From NCBI GenBank assembly GCA_022780765.1, contig JALEUS010000094.1:1-39693 (forward strand): DNA of 39,693 nt, in the 5' to 3' direction. Below, piece after piece: positions 26,725 through 36,720 of the stretch (positions within the stretch are counted from its first letter, which is position 1; the number at the start of each line of letters is the position of its first letter). Made by a program: the position numbers and the translations under genes. The notes under the pieces were generated by a model, which was not told the origin of the DNA, made no database searches, and was given only the letters and a program-made list of their open reading frames with translations. The DNA comes from Bacilli bacterium (lineage in GTDB: Bacteria > Bacillota_I > Bacilli_A > RFN20 > CAG-288).

Positions 26725-27565
26725 ATTTCAATTCATCTACAAGATCTTCGACCTGTTTTAATGAAGCGCTTGTCGCTGAAGAAATAAAGATGTCTCTATT
26801 TTTTAGTTTTTCTATATCTAATTGAGTCGCAGATAAAACTATTTTTGCCTCGATTGAAGGATATATTTTTTCAACTTGATTGAGTATCTCATTTGCATTC
26901 GATGAACTTTTATCACCGACGACTATGAAGAACAATTTATCTATATTTTTGTCCTTGAGGAAATCTATAGCTTCTCTTGCACGGCTATCGTAGAGTTTAC
27001 AAGGAGAGATAAAAGAAGTTAATGTGCTTTTTTCATCGATGATTCTTTTTATCTCATCAAAGGTAAAAGAAGAGATAGTCGTTTGAGAGATCAGAAAAGT
27101 CTTATCTTGTTTTTTTAAATCTAGTCTTTTGATATCTTCTTTAAAGGAAGAGACATCGATGTAGATGAGATATGGAAAGTGGGATAAAAAAGCTTTTGTT
27201 TCCTGATGATTTTTCTTGCCGACGAATATGAATTTTACATCATCACTGTAACATTTTTTTAACTGTTTGTATCTCTCTTTTATAAGAGGACAAGTAGCAT
27301 CTACTTGTCTAGAAGTGCTGTACTTTTTCTCTTCTTCAAGGAGATGACCGTGAGCCGAAAAGAGAATGGTATCTTCTTTTTTTAGATCTTCGCCAGCAAA
27401 GATAGTCGCATTGTTTTCTTTTAAAAGTTTGTCATTTAAAAGAGCATTGTGAATGAGAGGATGAAGAAGAAAGATCCTTCCACCATCATTTTTTATCTCT
27501 TTTAATTTTTCAACAGCGTTTTTTACTCCGAAGCAGAAACCTACATCTGAAATTATTTTTATCAT
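26708..27565 (-). CDS. ispH: 4-hydroxy-3-methylbut-2-enyl diphosphate reductase
   Basis: GFCFGV, LIHN, SAHG, VDATCP, HQE, SQTT, VGDKSSSN. Confidence 0.9.
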   Translation of the reverse strand: MIKIISDVGFCFGVKNAVEKLKEIKNDGGRIFLLHPLIHNALLNDKLLKENNATIFAGEDLKKEDTILFSAHGHLLEEEKKYSTSRQVDATCPLIKERYKQLKKCYSDDVKFIFVGKKNHQETKAFLSHFPYLIYIDVSSFKEDIKRLDLKKQDKTFLISQTTISSFTFDEIKRIIDEKSTLTSFISPCKLYDSRAREAIDFLKDKNIDKLFFIVVGDKSSSNANEILNQVEKIYPSIEAKIVLSATQLDIEKLKNRDIFISSATSASLKQVEDLVDELKSILQD

Positions 27566-27571
27566 GGTAAA

Positions 27572-27580
27572 AGTATACCA
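27572..27580 (-). promoter_or_regulatory. Extended -10 positioned for a leaderless ispH transcript
   Basis: TGGTATACT on the minus strand, 6 nt before ATG 27565; no SD. Confidence 0.5.
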
Positions 27581-27676
27581 TGTTTTAAAAATGAAATTTA
27601 AGTACATTTATAGAATTTATTTATTTGACACTTCTCTCTATGGTAAAATATAAAGGTTGTAAAAAGAGGTTTTACT

Positions 27677-28186
27677 ATGAATTATGAAGATTATATTCGT
27701 GTTGTTTTAGATTTTCCTAAAAAGGGTATATCTTTTAAAGATATCTCTCCTCTATTAAAGGATTCTGTAGCTTTCCACAGTGCAATCTGTGATCTTGCAA
27801 AGCTGGCTGAGGAGTTTAAACCCGATATCATCTGTGGTCCTGAATCCCGTGCTTTTATCTTTGGCTCTGCTCTTGCTTTTCATATGAACAAAGGCTTTGT
27901 CATGGCAAGAAAGAGTGGAAAACTGCCTGGTGTGACTTGTCAGACCACCTATCAGTTAGAGTATGGTACAGCGACAATAGCTATACCTCAGGATTCATTT
28001 AAAAAAGGAGAGAGAGTTCTTCTTGTCGATGACTTGATGGCTACTGGCGGAACTTTTAAAGCCCTTGAAGACCTTGTTAAACAAGCAGGAGGAAATCCTG
28101 TCGGTGCTGTTACTTTGATCAATTTAAAGGAGTTTGAAGATAGTTGCGTTTTCAAATTGAAGTGCAAATCACTTCTAGATCTGTAA
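27677..28186 (+). CDS. apt: Adenine phosphoribosyltransferase
   Basis: DFPKKGISFKDI, RKSGKLPG, YQLEYG, LVDDLMATGGT. Confidence 0.96.
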   Translation: MNYEDYIRVVLDFPKKGISFKDISPLLKDSVAFHSAICDLAKLAEEFKPDIICGPESRAFIFGSALAFHMNKGFVMARKSGKLPGVTCQTTYQLEYGTATIAIPQDSFKKGERVLLVDDLMATGGTFKALEDLVKQAGGNPVGAVTLINLKEFEDSCVFKLKCKSLLDL

Positions 28187-28203
28187 TTATCTAAAATAAT
28201 CTG

Positions 28204-30420
28204 ATGGAAATCAAAAATCGTGTCTGCACTTTTCTTGAGCTTAAGGAAAGCTATTCTTCATATATAACTCTTCCTGAAGATCAGCAGCTTATTGAAAAAG
28301 CATACAGGTTTGCTGAAAAAAAACATTCAGGACAGGTCAGAAAATCAGGTGACCCTTATGTGAGTCACTGCCTTTATGTTGCTTATATTCTCTCTAAGCT
28401 TCAAGTAGGACCTAAGACGATAGCAGTTGGTCTTCTTCACGACACCATCGAAGATACGGATACGACATTTGATGAGATTGTTGAAAACTTTGGACTTGAG
28501 ATAGCTACGATGACTGAAGCTCTCACCAAAGTTACCAGATTATCCGATTATAAGAATGTGGAGTTCACTGCAGAGAATCATCGAAAGATCTTTGTGGCTA
28601 TGGCAAAAGATATCAGAGTCATATTGATCAAGCTTGCAGACAGATTGCACAACATGATGACTTTACAGTATCAACCTAAAGAGAAACAGCAGAGAATCTC
28701 TCATGAGACTTTAGAAGTGTACGCTCCGATTGCTCATCGTCTAGGTTTATACAGCATCTCAACTATGCTTGAAGATCTCTCCCTTTATTATCTTGAACCA
28801 GACAAGGTCAAAGAGATTGAAGATAAGTGCAATCAGCTCGTTTCAGACTCTAAAGAGACCTTAAAGGAGCTGACTGAGCACATCGACAGCATTCTCTCTT
28901 CGACAAGTATTCCTTACGAGATCTCTAGCAGAGTCAAATCTGTTTATTCTATTTATAAAAAAATGTATCTTAAGAATTACTCATTTGATCAGATATATGA
29001 TATCCTTGCCTTAAGAATCATCACTGAAAGCGAGCAAAACTGTTATGAGATACTGGGTTATATACATGCAAACTTCCGTCCTATGCCTGGCAGATTCAAA
29101 GATTATATAGCCATGCCTAAGACAAATATGTACCAGTCTCTTCACACTACGATTATGACTGAAAACGGAATCTTCTTCGAGATTCAGATAAGAACAAAGA
29201 AGATGGATGAACTCGCAGAAAGCGGTGTTGCTGCTCACTGGAGATATAAGGAAGGCTCTTCCTACGATGCTAAAAGAGAGCAGATGGAGATTGAGAATCA
29301 GCTCCAATGGTTTAAAGAGTTTGTCACCATATCTGACTCATCAAACTCAGATGCTAAAGAGTACATGGACACTCTATCTCACGATATATTCGATGCTAAT
29401 GTCTATGTCTTCACTCCTAAAGGAAATGTCATCTGCCTTCCTAACGGATCAACTCCAATCGATTTTGCATACAGAATACATACCGATTTAGGCGAGCATT
29501 TATCAGGTGCTAAGATCAATGGTGTATTATCTCCTATATCGACTGTTTTAAAGACTGGTGATGTGGTTGAAGTAATCACCGCTAAAAACGCTTATCCTAA
29601 CTCTGAGTGGATGAACATCGCAAAATCTCACTTTGCTAAGTCTTCTATAAGAAAATATCTTGTCAAGAAAAATCAGGATTTTGCAAAAGAGGATTCTATT
29701 AAGAAAGGGAGAACTATGCTTTTGGATTACATGAAGGATCATCATGTGGAGACAGATGTCAGCAAACTTCTCTCTAAAAAGATGCTTGCTGAACTGAAAG
29801 TCAACAGCGCAGATGAACTGTTCTTACAGTTGAGCGGAAAGACTATCTCTCTTTCATCTATCATCGATAAATTTGAGGTGATGAACAAAAAGGAAGAGGG
29901 CATCCAAGATAAGCTTGTCGATAACAGCTCTGATATCTCTACCAAGAACAGGCTGAAGAGAAACACTACCGATTCGATAGTCTTAGAAAACGGAGACAAT
30001 GTCTTAATATCTCTTGCTAACTGCTGTCAACCTCTTCCTGGTGATGAGATCATCGGTTATGTTTCAACAGGTCAGGGTGTGAAAGTTCATAGAGCCGATT
30101 GTCCCAACATCAAGAAACTGGATTCCTCAGCTAGATTGATCAATGTCAAATGGAATCCAGACAATCTGAAGAAACTGGATTATCAGGTTTCTTTAGCTGT
30201 CGAATGTCACGATAGAAATCAGCTGCTTGTAGATATCTTAAACACTCTTCAGCTGTGCAATGCTAAGCTCATAAAATGCACTGCTAAACAGAACACTGCC
30301 AACAATACTGCAACAATTTCAGTAGATATACTGGTCAAAGATAAAGAGATTCTCGATCATTACATCGCTGCTCTTTACAAAGTAAAATCTGTCTTCAACA
30401 TAAGACGAATTGGTAAATAG
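28204..30420 (+). CDS. relA: Bifunctional (p)ppGpp synthetase/hydrolase Rel
   Basis: RKSGDPY, LLHDTIED, IKLADRLHNM, RFKDYI, YQSLHT, EIQIRT, TGS, ZFD (NCCQP), ACT. Confidence 0.96.
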   Translation: MEIKNRVCTFLELKESYSSYITLPEDQQLIEKAYRFAEKKHSGQVRKSGDPYVSHCLYVAYILSKLQVGPKTIAVGLLHDTIEDTDTTFDEIVENFGLEIATMTEALTKVTRLSDYKNVEFTAENHRKIFVAMAKDIRVILIKLADRLHNMMTLQYQPKEKQQRISHETLEVYAPIAHRLGLYSISTMLEDLSLYYLEPDKVKEIEDKCNQLVSDSKETLKELTEHIDSILSSTSIPYEISSRVKSVYSIYKKMYLKNYSFDQIYDILALRIITESEQNCYEILGYIHANFRPMPGRFKDYIAMPKTNMYQSLHTTIMTENGIFFEIQIRTKKMDELAESGVAAHWRYKEGSSYDAKREQMEIENQLQWFKEFVTISDSSNSDAKEYMDTLSHDIFDANVYVFTPKGNVICLPNGSTPIDFAYRIHTDLGEHLSGAKINGVLSPISTVLKTGDVVEVITAKNAYPNSEWMNIAKSHFAKSSIRKYLVKKNQDFAKEDSIKKGRTMLLDYMKDHHVETDVSKLLSKKMLAELKVNSADELFLQLSGKTISLSSIIDKFEVMNKKEEGIQDKLVDNSSDISTKNRLKRNTTDSIVLENGDNVLISLANCCQPLPGDEIIGYVSTGQGVKVHRADCPNIKKLDSSARLINVKWNPDNLKKLDYQVSLAVECHDRNQLLVDILNTLQLCNAKLIKCTAKQNTANNTATISVDILVKDKEILDHYIAALYKVKSVFNIRRIGK

Positions 30421-30428
30421 GAGGAATC

Positions 30429-31661
30429 ATGTCTGAAATCATTAAAAAGCCCAGAGGAACTGTCGATTATTTTTACGACGATGCTTCTGTTTTGATATCT
30501 ATAAAAAATAAGCTTCTCTCTCTAGCAGAAAGGTATGGGTTTTCTTTCTGTACAGTTCCTACTTTTGAAGAGAGCCGACTGTTTCATAGAAGCGTTGGTG
30601 AAAGCTCTGATATTGTAAGAAAAGAGACATTTGACCTGATAAACAAAGGGGATAGATCTTACACTTTAAGACCGGAGTTCACTGCTTCAATCAACAGAGC
30701 AGTCATCGAAAATAAGTTCTTTTCTTCTCCTTCTCTTCCTTTGAAGTTTTCATACTTCGATAAAGCTTTCAGGTATGAGAGACCACAGACAGGAAGATAC
30801 AGAGAATTTCACCAGTTCGGTGTTGAGATAATCGATGAGAAGATCGATTTATCTTCTCAGGTTGAGACTCTTCTTCTTGCTATCGATGCCTGCAAGATGA
30901 TCTTGGGTGATATAGAAGTTAAAGCAAAGATCAATTTCTTAGGCTCAGTTACAAGCCGAGACAACTATAAAAAAGCGCTCTACTCTTTCTTTGCTGACAA
31001 GATTCAATACATGTGTGAAGACTGCAAGAGAAGACTTGAGACAAACCCGCTTCGAATTCTTGACTGCAAAGTCGATGAGGACAGGAAGTTTATTCAGGAT
31101 GCTCCTAAGATAACAGATTATTTGACTGAAGAAGATAGAGAAGAGTTTGATCAGATTAAAAAACTTCTTTTAAAACTGAACGTCTCTTTCCAAGTGGATG
31201 ATAATCTTGTCAGAGGTCTTGATTACTACACCGGTTTTGTATTTGAACTTTACAGTGATGAGAAATTAGGTGCTTTAGCAGGTGGAGGCAAATACTCATC
31301 TCTCATGAAAGAACTTGGTGGACCTGAGTTTGAAGGAATAGGTTTTTCTATCGGTATTGAAAGACTTATTTTATCACTCATAGGCAAAGGTTCTTTAGAC
31401 TATAAAAAATCTCTCGATTACTTTGTGATAGACTTAAGAAAAAATGGAGATGGCCTCATCATCGCTAAAAAGCTCAGAGATAAAGGGTACAAGGTATCTC
31501 TTCCTTCCTTTTCCAGATCGATGAAAGGTGCTATCAAGATGGCTGATAGAGAGAATGCTAAAAATGTTATAATCGTCGATAGCGATATGACTTACAAGTT
31601 GAAAGATATGTCAACTAGAGAGCAGAAAGATATAACCTTTGAAGAGATATTAGGTTTATAG
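30429..31661 (+). CDS. hisS: Histidine--tRNA ligase
   Basis: PRGT.D, LRPEFTA, FRYERPQTGRYREFHQ, LVRGLDYY, GGG.Y. Confidence 0.96.
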   Translation: MSEIIKKPRGTVDYFYDDASVLISIKNKLLSLAERYGFSFCTVPTFEESRLFHRSVGESSDIVRKETFDLINKGDRSYTLRPEFTASINRAVIENKFFSSPSLPLKFSYFDKAFRYERPQTGRYREFHQFGVEIIDEKIDLSSQVETLLLAIDACKMILGDIEVKAKINFLGSVTSRDNYKKALYSFFADKIQYMCEDCKRRLETNPLRILDCKVDEDRKFIQDAPKITDYLTEEDREEFDQIKKLLLKLNVSFQVDDNLVRGLDYYTGFVFELYSDEKLGALAGGGKYSSLMKELGGPEFEGIGFSIGIERLILSLIGKGSLDYKKSLDYFVIDLRKNGDGLIIAKKLRDKGYKVSLPSFSRSMKGAIKMADRENAKNVIIVDSDMTYKLKDMSTREQKDITFEEILGL

Positions 31662-31669
31662 GAGGTATT

Positions 31670-33406
31670 ATGTTAAGAACTCACAATTGTTCCTCTTTAA
31701 GAAAAGAGGATGTGTCAAAGACTGTGACTTTAACAGGTTGGGTCGACACTATAAGAAATATAGGTTCTTTCGCATTTGTCGATCTCAGAGACAGATTTGG
31801 AAAGACCCAGATCTACCTTGATTCTCAGCAGTTTGAAAAGCTGAATCTAAAGAATGAGTACTGTATTCAAGTTGTCGGTAAGGTCAGAGAAAGAAAAGAG
31901 AGAAATCCTCATCTGCTGACGGGTGATATTGAAGTCGTCGCTGACAAAGTGACAGTGTTTTCAAAATGCGCTGTTCTTCCTTTCCCTATACAGGAAGAGA
32001 TAAATGTCTCTGAAGATACCAGGCTCAAATATCGTTATTTAGATTTAAGACGACCAAACATGTTGAATAATATCATCTTAAGAAGCAAGATAGCTCAGGC
32101 CACAAGAGAGTTTTTAGATGAGCATGATTTCATTGAAGTCGACACTCCTACTCTCATCAAGTCAACACCTGAAGGAGCAAGAGACTATCTCGTTCCTTCT
32201 AGGATCTATCCTGGTTCATTTTACGCTCTTCCTCAGAGCCCACAGCTATACAAACAGCTTTTGATGATATCAGGTATTGACAGATACTATCAGCTAGCGC
32301 ACTGCTACAGAGATGAGGATCAGAGAGCTGATAGACAGCCTGAGTTTATGCAGATAGACTGCGAGATGTCCTTTGTTGAAAGAGAGGATGTTTTAAATAT
32401 CATCGAAGGTCTTTTAAAGCACATCTTTAAAAAGTGCATCGATGTGACTTTGCCTGATTTTGAAAGGATCTCATACGAAGATGCTATTACAAAATACGGA
32501 AGTGATAAGCCTGACACAAGATACAAACTTCTTTTAAATGATGCTACTGACATTTTAGGAGATTGTGGTTTCAATGCTTTTAAAGACAAGTATGTTTCTC
32601 TTCTTATAATTGAGAATTACGCAGATAAGATAAGCAGAAAGAATATGGATGAAGACAATCAGTTAGCAAAGAAATATTCTGTCTTCGGTTTCTCTTTTAT
32701 CAAGTATTTAAATGGTGAGTTCTCTTCATCCATCGTCAAAAACATCGATCCTGAATCTTTAGAAGCACTCAAGAACAGGTTTGCTATCAAAGAGAATGAT
32801 CTTCTTATCATCTGTGCCGACAGCAAGAAAGAGAAAGCTTGCGTTGCTCTTGGTGCTTTAAGAGTTGCATATGCTAACAAGCTCAAATATATTGATAAAA
32901 ATGTATATAAACCTCTCTTTGTTATTGACTGGCCGTTATTTGAAAAAGATGATGAAGGACATATAATCTCCTTATCAAATCCTTTCACAAGGCCTATCGA
33001 TGAGGATTTAAAGTATTTAGATAGCGATCCAACCAAGGTCCGTTCGACTTCTTATGACACGGTATTAAATGGTGTTGAGCTATCTTCAGGTGCGTTGAGA
33101 ATCCATGACAGTGATATACAGAAAAAGATATTCTCGCTTTTGGGACTGAGCGATGAAGATATAAAAGAGAGATTCTCATTCCTGGTTGAAGCTCTCAAAT
33201 ACGGTGTTCCTCCTGAAGGCGGTTTTGGAATAGGTGTAGAAAGACTTGCTATGGAGCTTGCTAAGGTTGATAATGTCAGAGATGTCATCGCTTTTCCAAA
33301 GAATTTAAAAGCCTTTGAACCTCTCTCTTCTTGTCCTTCAAAAGTTCCAGTTGAAGACACCGATATCTTAGGAATAAAGATCGTTGCTGGAGATGAAAAT
33401 GAGTGA
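31670..33406 (+). CDS. aspS: Aspartate--tRNA ligase
   Basis: RTHNC, RLKYRYLDLRR, STPEGARDYLVPSR, ALPQSPQ, DRQPEF. Confidence 0.96.
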   Translation: MLRTHNCSSLRKEDVSKTVTLTGWVDTIRNIGSFAFVDLRDRFGKTQIYLDSQQFEKLNLKNEYCIQVVGKVRERKERNPHLLTGDIEVVADKVTVFSKCAVLPFPIQEEINVSEDTRLKYRYLDLRRPNMLNNIILRSKIAQATREFLDEHDFIEVDTPTLIKSTPEGARDYLVPSRIYPGSFYALPQSPQLYKQLLMISGIDRYYQLAHCYRDEDQRADRQPEFMQIDCEMSFVEREDVLNIIEGLLKHIFKKCIDVTLPDFERISYEDAITKYGSDKPDTRYKLLLNDATDILGDCGFNAFKDKYVSLLIIENYADKISRKNMDEDNQLAKKYSVFGFSFIKYLNGEFSSSIVKNIDPESLEALKNRFAIKENDLLIICADSKKEKACVALGALRVAYANKLKYIDKNVYKPLFVIDWPLFEKDDEGHIISLSNPFTRPIDEDLKYLDSDPTKVRSTSYDTVLNGVELSSGALRIHDSDIQKKIFSLLGLSDEDIKERFSFLVEALKYGVPPEGGFGIGVERLAMELAKVDNVRDVIAFPKNLKAFEPLSSCPSKVPVEDTDILGIKIVAGDENE

Positions 33407-34745
33407 TGTTGCTCTTTCATCTTTCAACGTAAAAAAAGAGATAGCAGATGCTTTCTCTTCTTTAGGATACATTTCTTTATCTGATGTACAGGCTAAGACA
33501 ATTCCTCTTCTTTTGAAAAAGGAGAGTGTTTTAGCTAACTCGTACACAGGTTCTGGAAAGACTTTCTGCTATCTTATCCCTATCATAAACAACATAGATT
33601 TTTCTTCTGATTCAATTGAAGCTATCATCATAGTTCCAACAAATATTTTGGTTGATCAGGTAAAAAAAGAATTCGATTCTTTCTTTGATTTATTAGGCTA
33701 CAGCAAAGAGTTTATCAAAGTCATCAAATCAAAAAATGATTTTTCAAGAGTGAAAGCTAAAGTGGTGATAACGACTCCTTCTATGTATAAGGAAGTATTC
33801 TCTCACTATAGTACAAACAGACTGTCATACGTCATCATCGATGAAGCTGACATGCTGCTTTTTGATGGATTTTTATTTTTTACTGAAGATGTTAAAAAAC
33901 AGATCGATCAGAGCATCATCTCTGTTTTTTCAGCATCGATAAAGACACAGGATATAACTAGAATCAAGAGAAGATTTAAAATCAAAAACGTCGTCTCTAT
34001 TTCACAGAAGATAAACTGTGATAAGATCTCTCATCATCTCATCGATTTCTCATCTTATTTAAAAAAGGAAGCTTTAAATAAGATCATCTCTTCAATCAAA
34101 TACATGAAGATGATCGTGTTTTTTAAAAGCGTAGAGGAAGCAAATGATGTCTATCTTGATTACAAAGACAGAAAAGATGTTTTTATCTTCCATGGTGAAC
34201 TTGATAAAAGGGAGATAAAAAAGACATTTTCTTCTCTTCAGAAGAAAGATTCATTTATTGTTTTCTCCTCTGACTATCTCTCAAGAGGTGTGGATTTAAA
34301 AGGAATAGATACCATCATCTCTTATTCTTTACCTGATACTCTTGACTACTATTTCCATCGTGCAGGAAGAACTGGAAGATTTTTTACTGATGGCGACTCT
34401 TATATCATGGTAGATAAGGACAATGAAAAAGAGATCAAAGATATCCTCTCTTTAAAAAGGAGAGAAGTTTCCTTTGATGTCTTTAAAGTCAACGAGACTG
34501 GTCTTAAGAAGATATCACAATCCTATGTGTTTAAAAATCTTGGAAAGAAAGATCAGTCAAATGAACAGCTTCAAAAGAAGATAAGACACGCATACAATAA
34601 AAATAAGAGCGATAAGGTAAAACCGAATTACAAGAAGAAAGTCTCTAAAGCTATCAAGAGAGTTAAAGAGAAACACAGGATGAAAGTTGTCAGAACAAAC
34701 ATCGCTAAAAAAGGTGGAAACGCTAGAGATTTCCACCAGGATTAG
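33399..34745 (+). CDS. cshB: DEAD-box RNA helicase, CshB-like
   Basis: TGSGKT, DEAD, SRGVD, HRAGRTGR, C-terminal KVKPNYKKK typical of CshB. Confidence 0.8.
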   Translation: MSDVALSSFNVKKEIADAFSSLGYISLSDVQAKTIPLLLKKESVLANSYTGSGKTFCYLIPIINNIDFSSDSIEAIIIVPTNILVDQVKKEFDSFFDLLGYSKEFIKVIKSKNDFSRVKAKVVITTPSMYKEVFSHYSTNRLSYVIIDEADMLLFDGFLFFTEDVKKQIDQSIISVFSASIKTQDITRIKRRFKIKNVVSISQKINCDKISHHLIDFSSYLKKEALNKIISSIKYMKMIVFFKSVEEANDVYLDYKDRKDVFIFHGELDKREIKKTFSSLQKKDSFIVFSSDYLSRGVDLKGIDTIISYSLPDTLDYYFHRAGRTGRFFTDGDSYIMVDKDNEKEIKDILSLKRREVSFDVFKVNETGLKKISQSYVFKNLGKKDQSNEQLQKKIRHAYNKNKSDKVKPNYKKKVSKAIKRVKEKHRMKVVRTNIAKKGGNARDFHQD

Positions 34746-35776
34746 AACTCTTTTATATATTCCTCTATCTTTTTTAGTGCTTCTTCTTTTTTATATCTAC
34801 CGATCTCTTTTCCTCTGGAGAAGAGAATGTAAAGATCTTTTAAGCCTGAACCTGTGATACCTATATCACAGTCTTTTGCCTCTCCTAATCCGTTTACAGG
34901 GCAGCCCATGCAGGCGACATGGATATCTTTATTTGTTCTATCCAAGATGAGCTGTATTCTATCTGAGAGCTCTTTGACATCGACAAGTGTTCTTCCACAC
35001 GTTGGACAGACAGTTAAAGAAGGAACTTTTATTCTTCCAGCACACTTCAGCAGTGTTTTGCAAGCTCTTATCTCGTACTCTCTTTTTTCAGCTAAAGAGA
35101 CTCTTATCGTGTCTCCTATTCCATCTTTTAAAAGAGGGAATAGAGCAACAGTGCTTTTGATTGCTCCTTCAAGTGCTCTTCCAGCTTCAGTCAAACCTAT
35201 GTGAAGAGGATAGGGATACTTTTCATACGCTCTTCTGTAAAGCTGTGTTGTCATATCTACATCGCTGCTTTTTAAAGACAGGACTATCTTTTCAAAATTT
35301 TCTTGTTTGAAGATCTCCAAGGTTTCATCTAAAGCTAAAAGATAATCATCGATCTTTGATGAAGTCTTGCCTTTATATTTGTTTAAAGAACCAGAATTAA
35401 CTCCTATTCTGAGAGGAATATTCATCTCTTTGGCTGTCTTGATAACTTCTCTTAAATTGCTTTCACTTCCGATGTTTCCAGGATTTATCCTGACTTTATC
35501 TGCATGATTTTTCATCGCTTTTATAGCGTATAGATAATTGTAGTGGATATCGGCAATGATAGGTATATTCACTTTCTTCTTGATCTCTATAAGAGCATTT
35601 AAATCATCTTCATCGAGAATAGAGAATCTCATCATGTCAAGAGAGAGCTCTTCTAAAGAATTGGTAAGAGATATGTTTTCTTCAATAAGAGATGTCTTCC
35701 TATCAGACATGCTCTGAATCAAGATTCCTCCATCTCCTATTGTTTTATTTCCAATATTAAAAATTATTTTCCTCAT
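34742..35776 (-). CDS. ispG: (E)-4-hydroxy-3-methylbut-2-enyl-diphosphate synthase
   Basis: IQSM, IADIH, RINPGN, RIGVNSGSL, YPLHIGLTEAG, GIGDTIRVSL, CPTCGRT, MGCPVNGLGE. Confidence 0.96.
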   Translation of the reverse strand: MRKIIFNIGNKTIGDGGILIQSMSDRKTSLIEENISLTNSLEELSLDMMRFSILDEDDLNALIEIKKKVNIPIIADIHYNYLYAIKAMKNHADKVRINPGNIGSESNLREVIKTAKEMNIPLRIGVNSGSLNKYKGKTSSKIDDYLLALDETLEIFKQENFEKIVLSLKSSDVDMTTQLYRRAYEKYPYPLHIGLTEAGRALEGAIKSTVALFPLLKDGIGDTIRVSLAEKREYEIRACKTLLKCAGRIKVPSLTVCPTCGRTLVDVKELSDRIQLILDRTNKDIHVACMGCPVNGLGEAKDCDIGITGSGLKDLYILFSRGKEIGRYKKEEALKKIEEYIKEF

Positions 35777-35796
35777 ATTTTCCTCATATTTTCCTC
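35765..35796. repeat. 11-bp tandem repeat x~3 (TATTTTCCTCA) spanning the ispG SD and start
   Basis: Units at 35765-35775, 35776-35786 and 35787-35796. Confidence 0.85.
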
Positions 35797-35896
35797 TTAT
35801 GTTTAGAATTATAAAACATGGATTTATCTTTTTCCACTCATTAAAGTTCAAATGAAAATAAAGAGAACTATTTATCGTAAATTAATCGATATATTC

Positions 35897-35925
35897 TTGT
35901 AAATATCAAAGAATTTATATATAAT
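35897..35925 (+). promoter_or_regulatory. Candidate SigA promoter for rpmG-efp-yneF
   Basis: TTGTAA, 17-nt spacer, TATAAT. Confidence 0.55.
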
Positions 35926-35974
35926 AAAAGAGTTTTGTAAAAATTTGCATTTTTTAAAATGGAGGAAAATAATT

Positions 35975-36133
35975 ATGGCAGATAAACGTATAAACCTCAC
36001 TCTTCGCTGCTCTGTTTGTAAAAACGAGAACTACATTGCAACAAAGAATAAAAGAACTCATCCAGACAGGTTAGCAGTTCAGAAATACTGTCCTTGCTGC
36101 AAGAAAAAGACTCTTCACGAAGAGAAGAAATAA
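35975..36133 (+). CDS. rpmG: 50S ribosomal protein L33 (Zn-binding type)
   Basis: RINLTLRCSVC..NY..TKNKR..PDRL...KYCP.C.K.TLH.E.K; SD GGAGG upstream. Confidence 0.95.
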   Translation: MADKRINLTLRCSVCKNENYIATKNKRTHPDRLAVQKYCPCCKKKTLHEEKK

Positions 36134-36144
36134 AGAGGTGAAAA

Positions 36145-36714
36145 ATGGCTGATATTATCATGATTGGCGATTGTGGTCCTGGTAAATCATTCAAGTGGAA
36201 AAATGAGATTTACACTTCTTTATCTATCGATCACAACAAGACTGCTATGAGGCAGATGATTGTTAAAATCAAAGCTAAAAATTTAAGAACTGGTGCTATC
36301 AATGTCATGTCATTCAATGGTGACGATAAGGTTGAGACCATCTACTTAGATAAAAGAACCATGAACTACACTTACGATGATGGAACTTTGGTCCATTTTA
36401 TGGATGCAGAGACATATGAAGATTTTGCAATCGCTAAAGAGCATCTAAAGTGGGAACTGAACTTCATCACTCCTGAAAATCCTATCACCGTCACTTTTTA
36501 TGAGAATGAGATATTAGGTGTTGAGCTTCCTGCTAAAGTCACCTTAACTATCACAGAGACCGATGATAACGCTGTCTCCGGTGACACAGTTAACAAAGCC
36601 ACAAAGGATGCTATCTTAGAGACAGGATACAAATTAAGAGTTCCTATGTTTGTTAAAAACAACACCAAAATCATCATCAGAACCGATACTGGTGAGTATG
36701 ATTCAAGAGCATAA
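36145..36714 (+). CDS. efp: Elongation factor P
   Basis: KNLRTG, FMDAETYE, GVELP, GDT....K.A.LETG...VP.F, TDTGEY..RA. Confidence 0.94.
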   Translation: MADIIMIGDCGPGKSFKWKNEIYTSLSIDHNKTAMRQMIVKIKAKNLRTGAINVMSFNGDDKVETIYLDKRTMNYTYDDGTLVHFMDAETYEDFAIAKEHLKWELNFITPENPITVTFYENEILGVELPAKVTLTITETDDNAVSGDTVNKATKDAILETGYKLRVPMFVKNNTKIIIRTDTGEYDSRA

Positions 36715-36720
36715 CAGATT

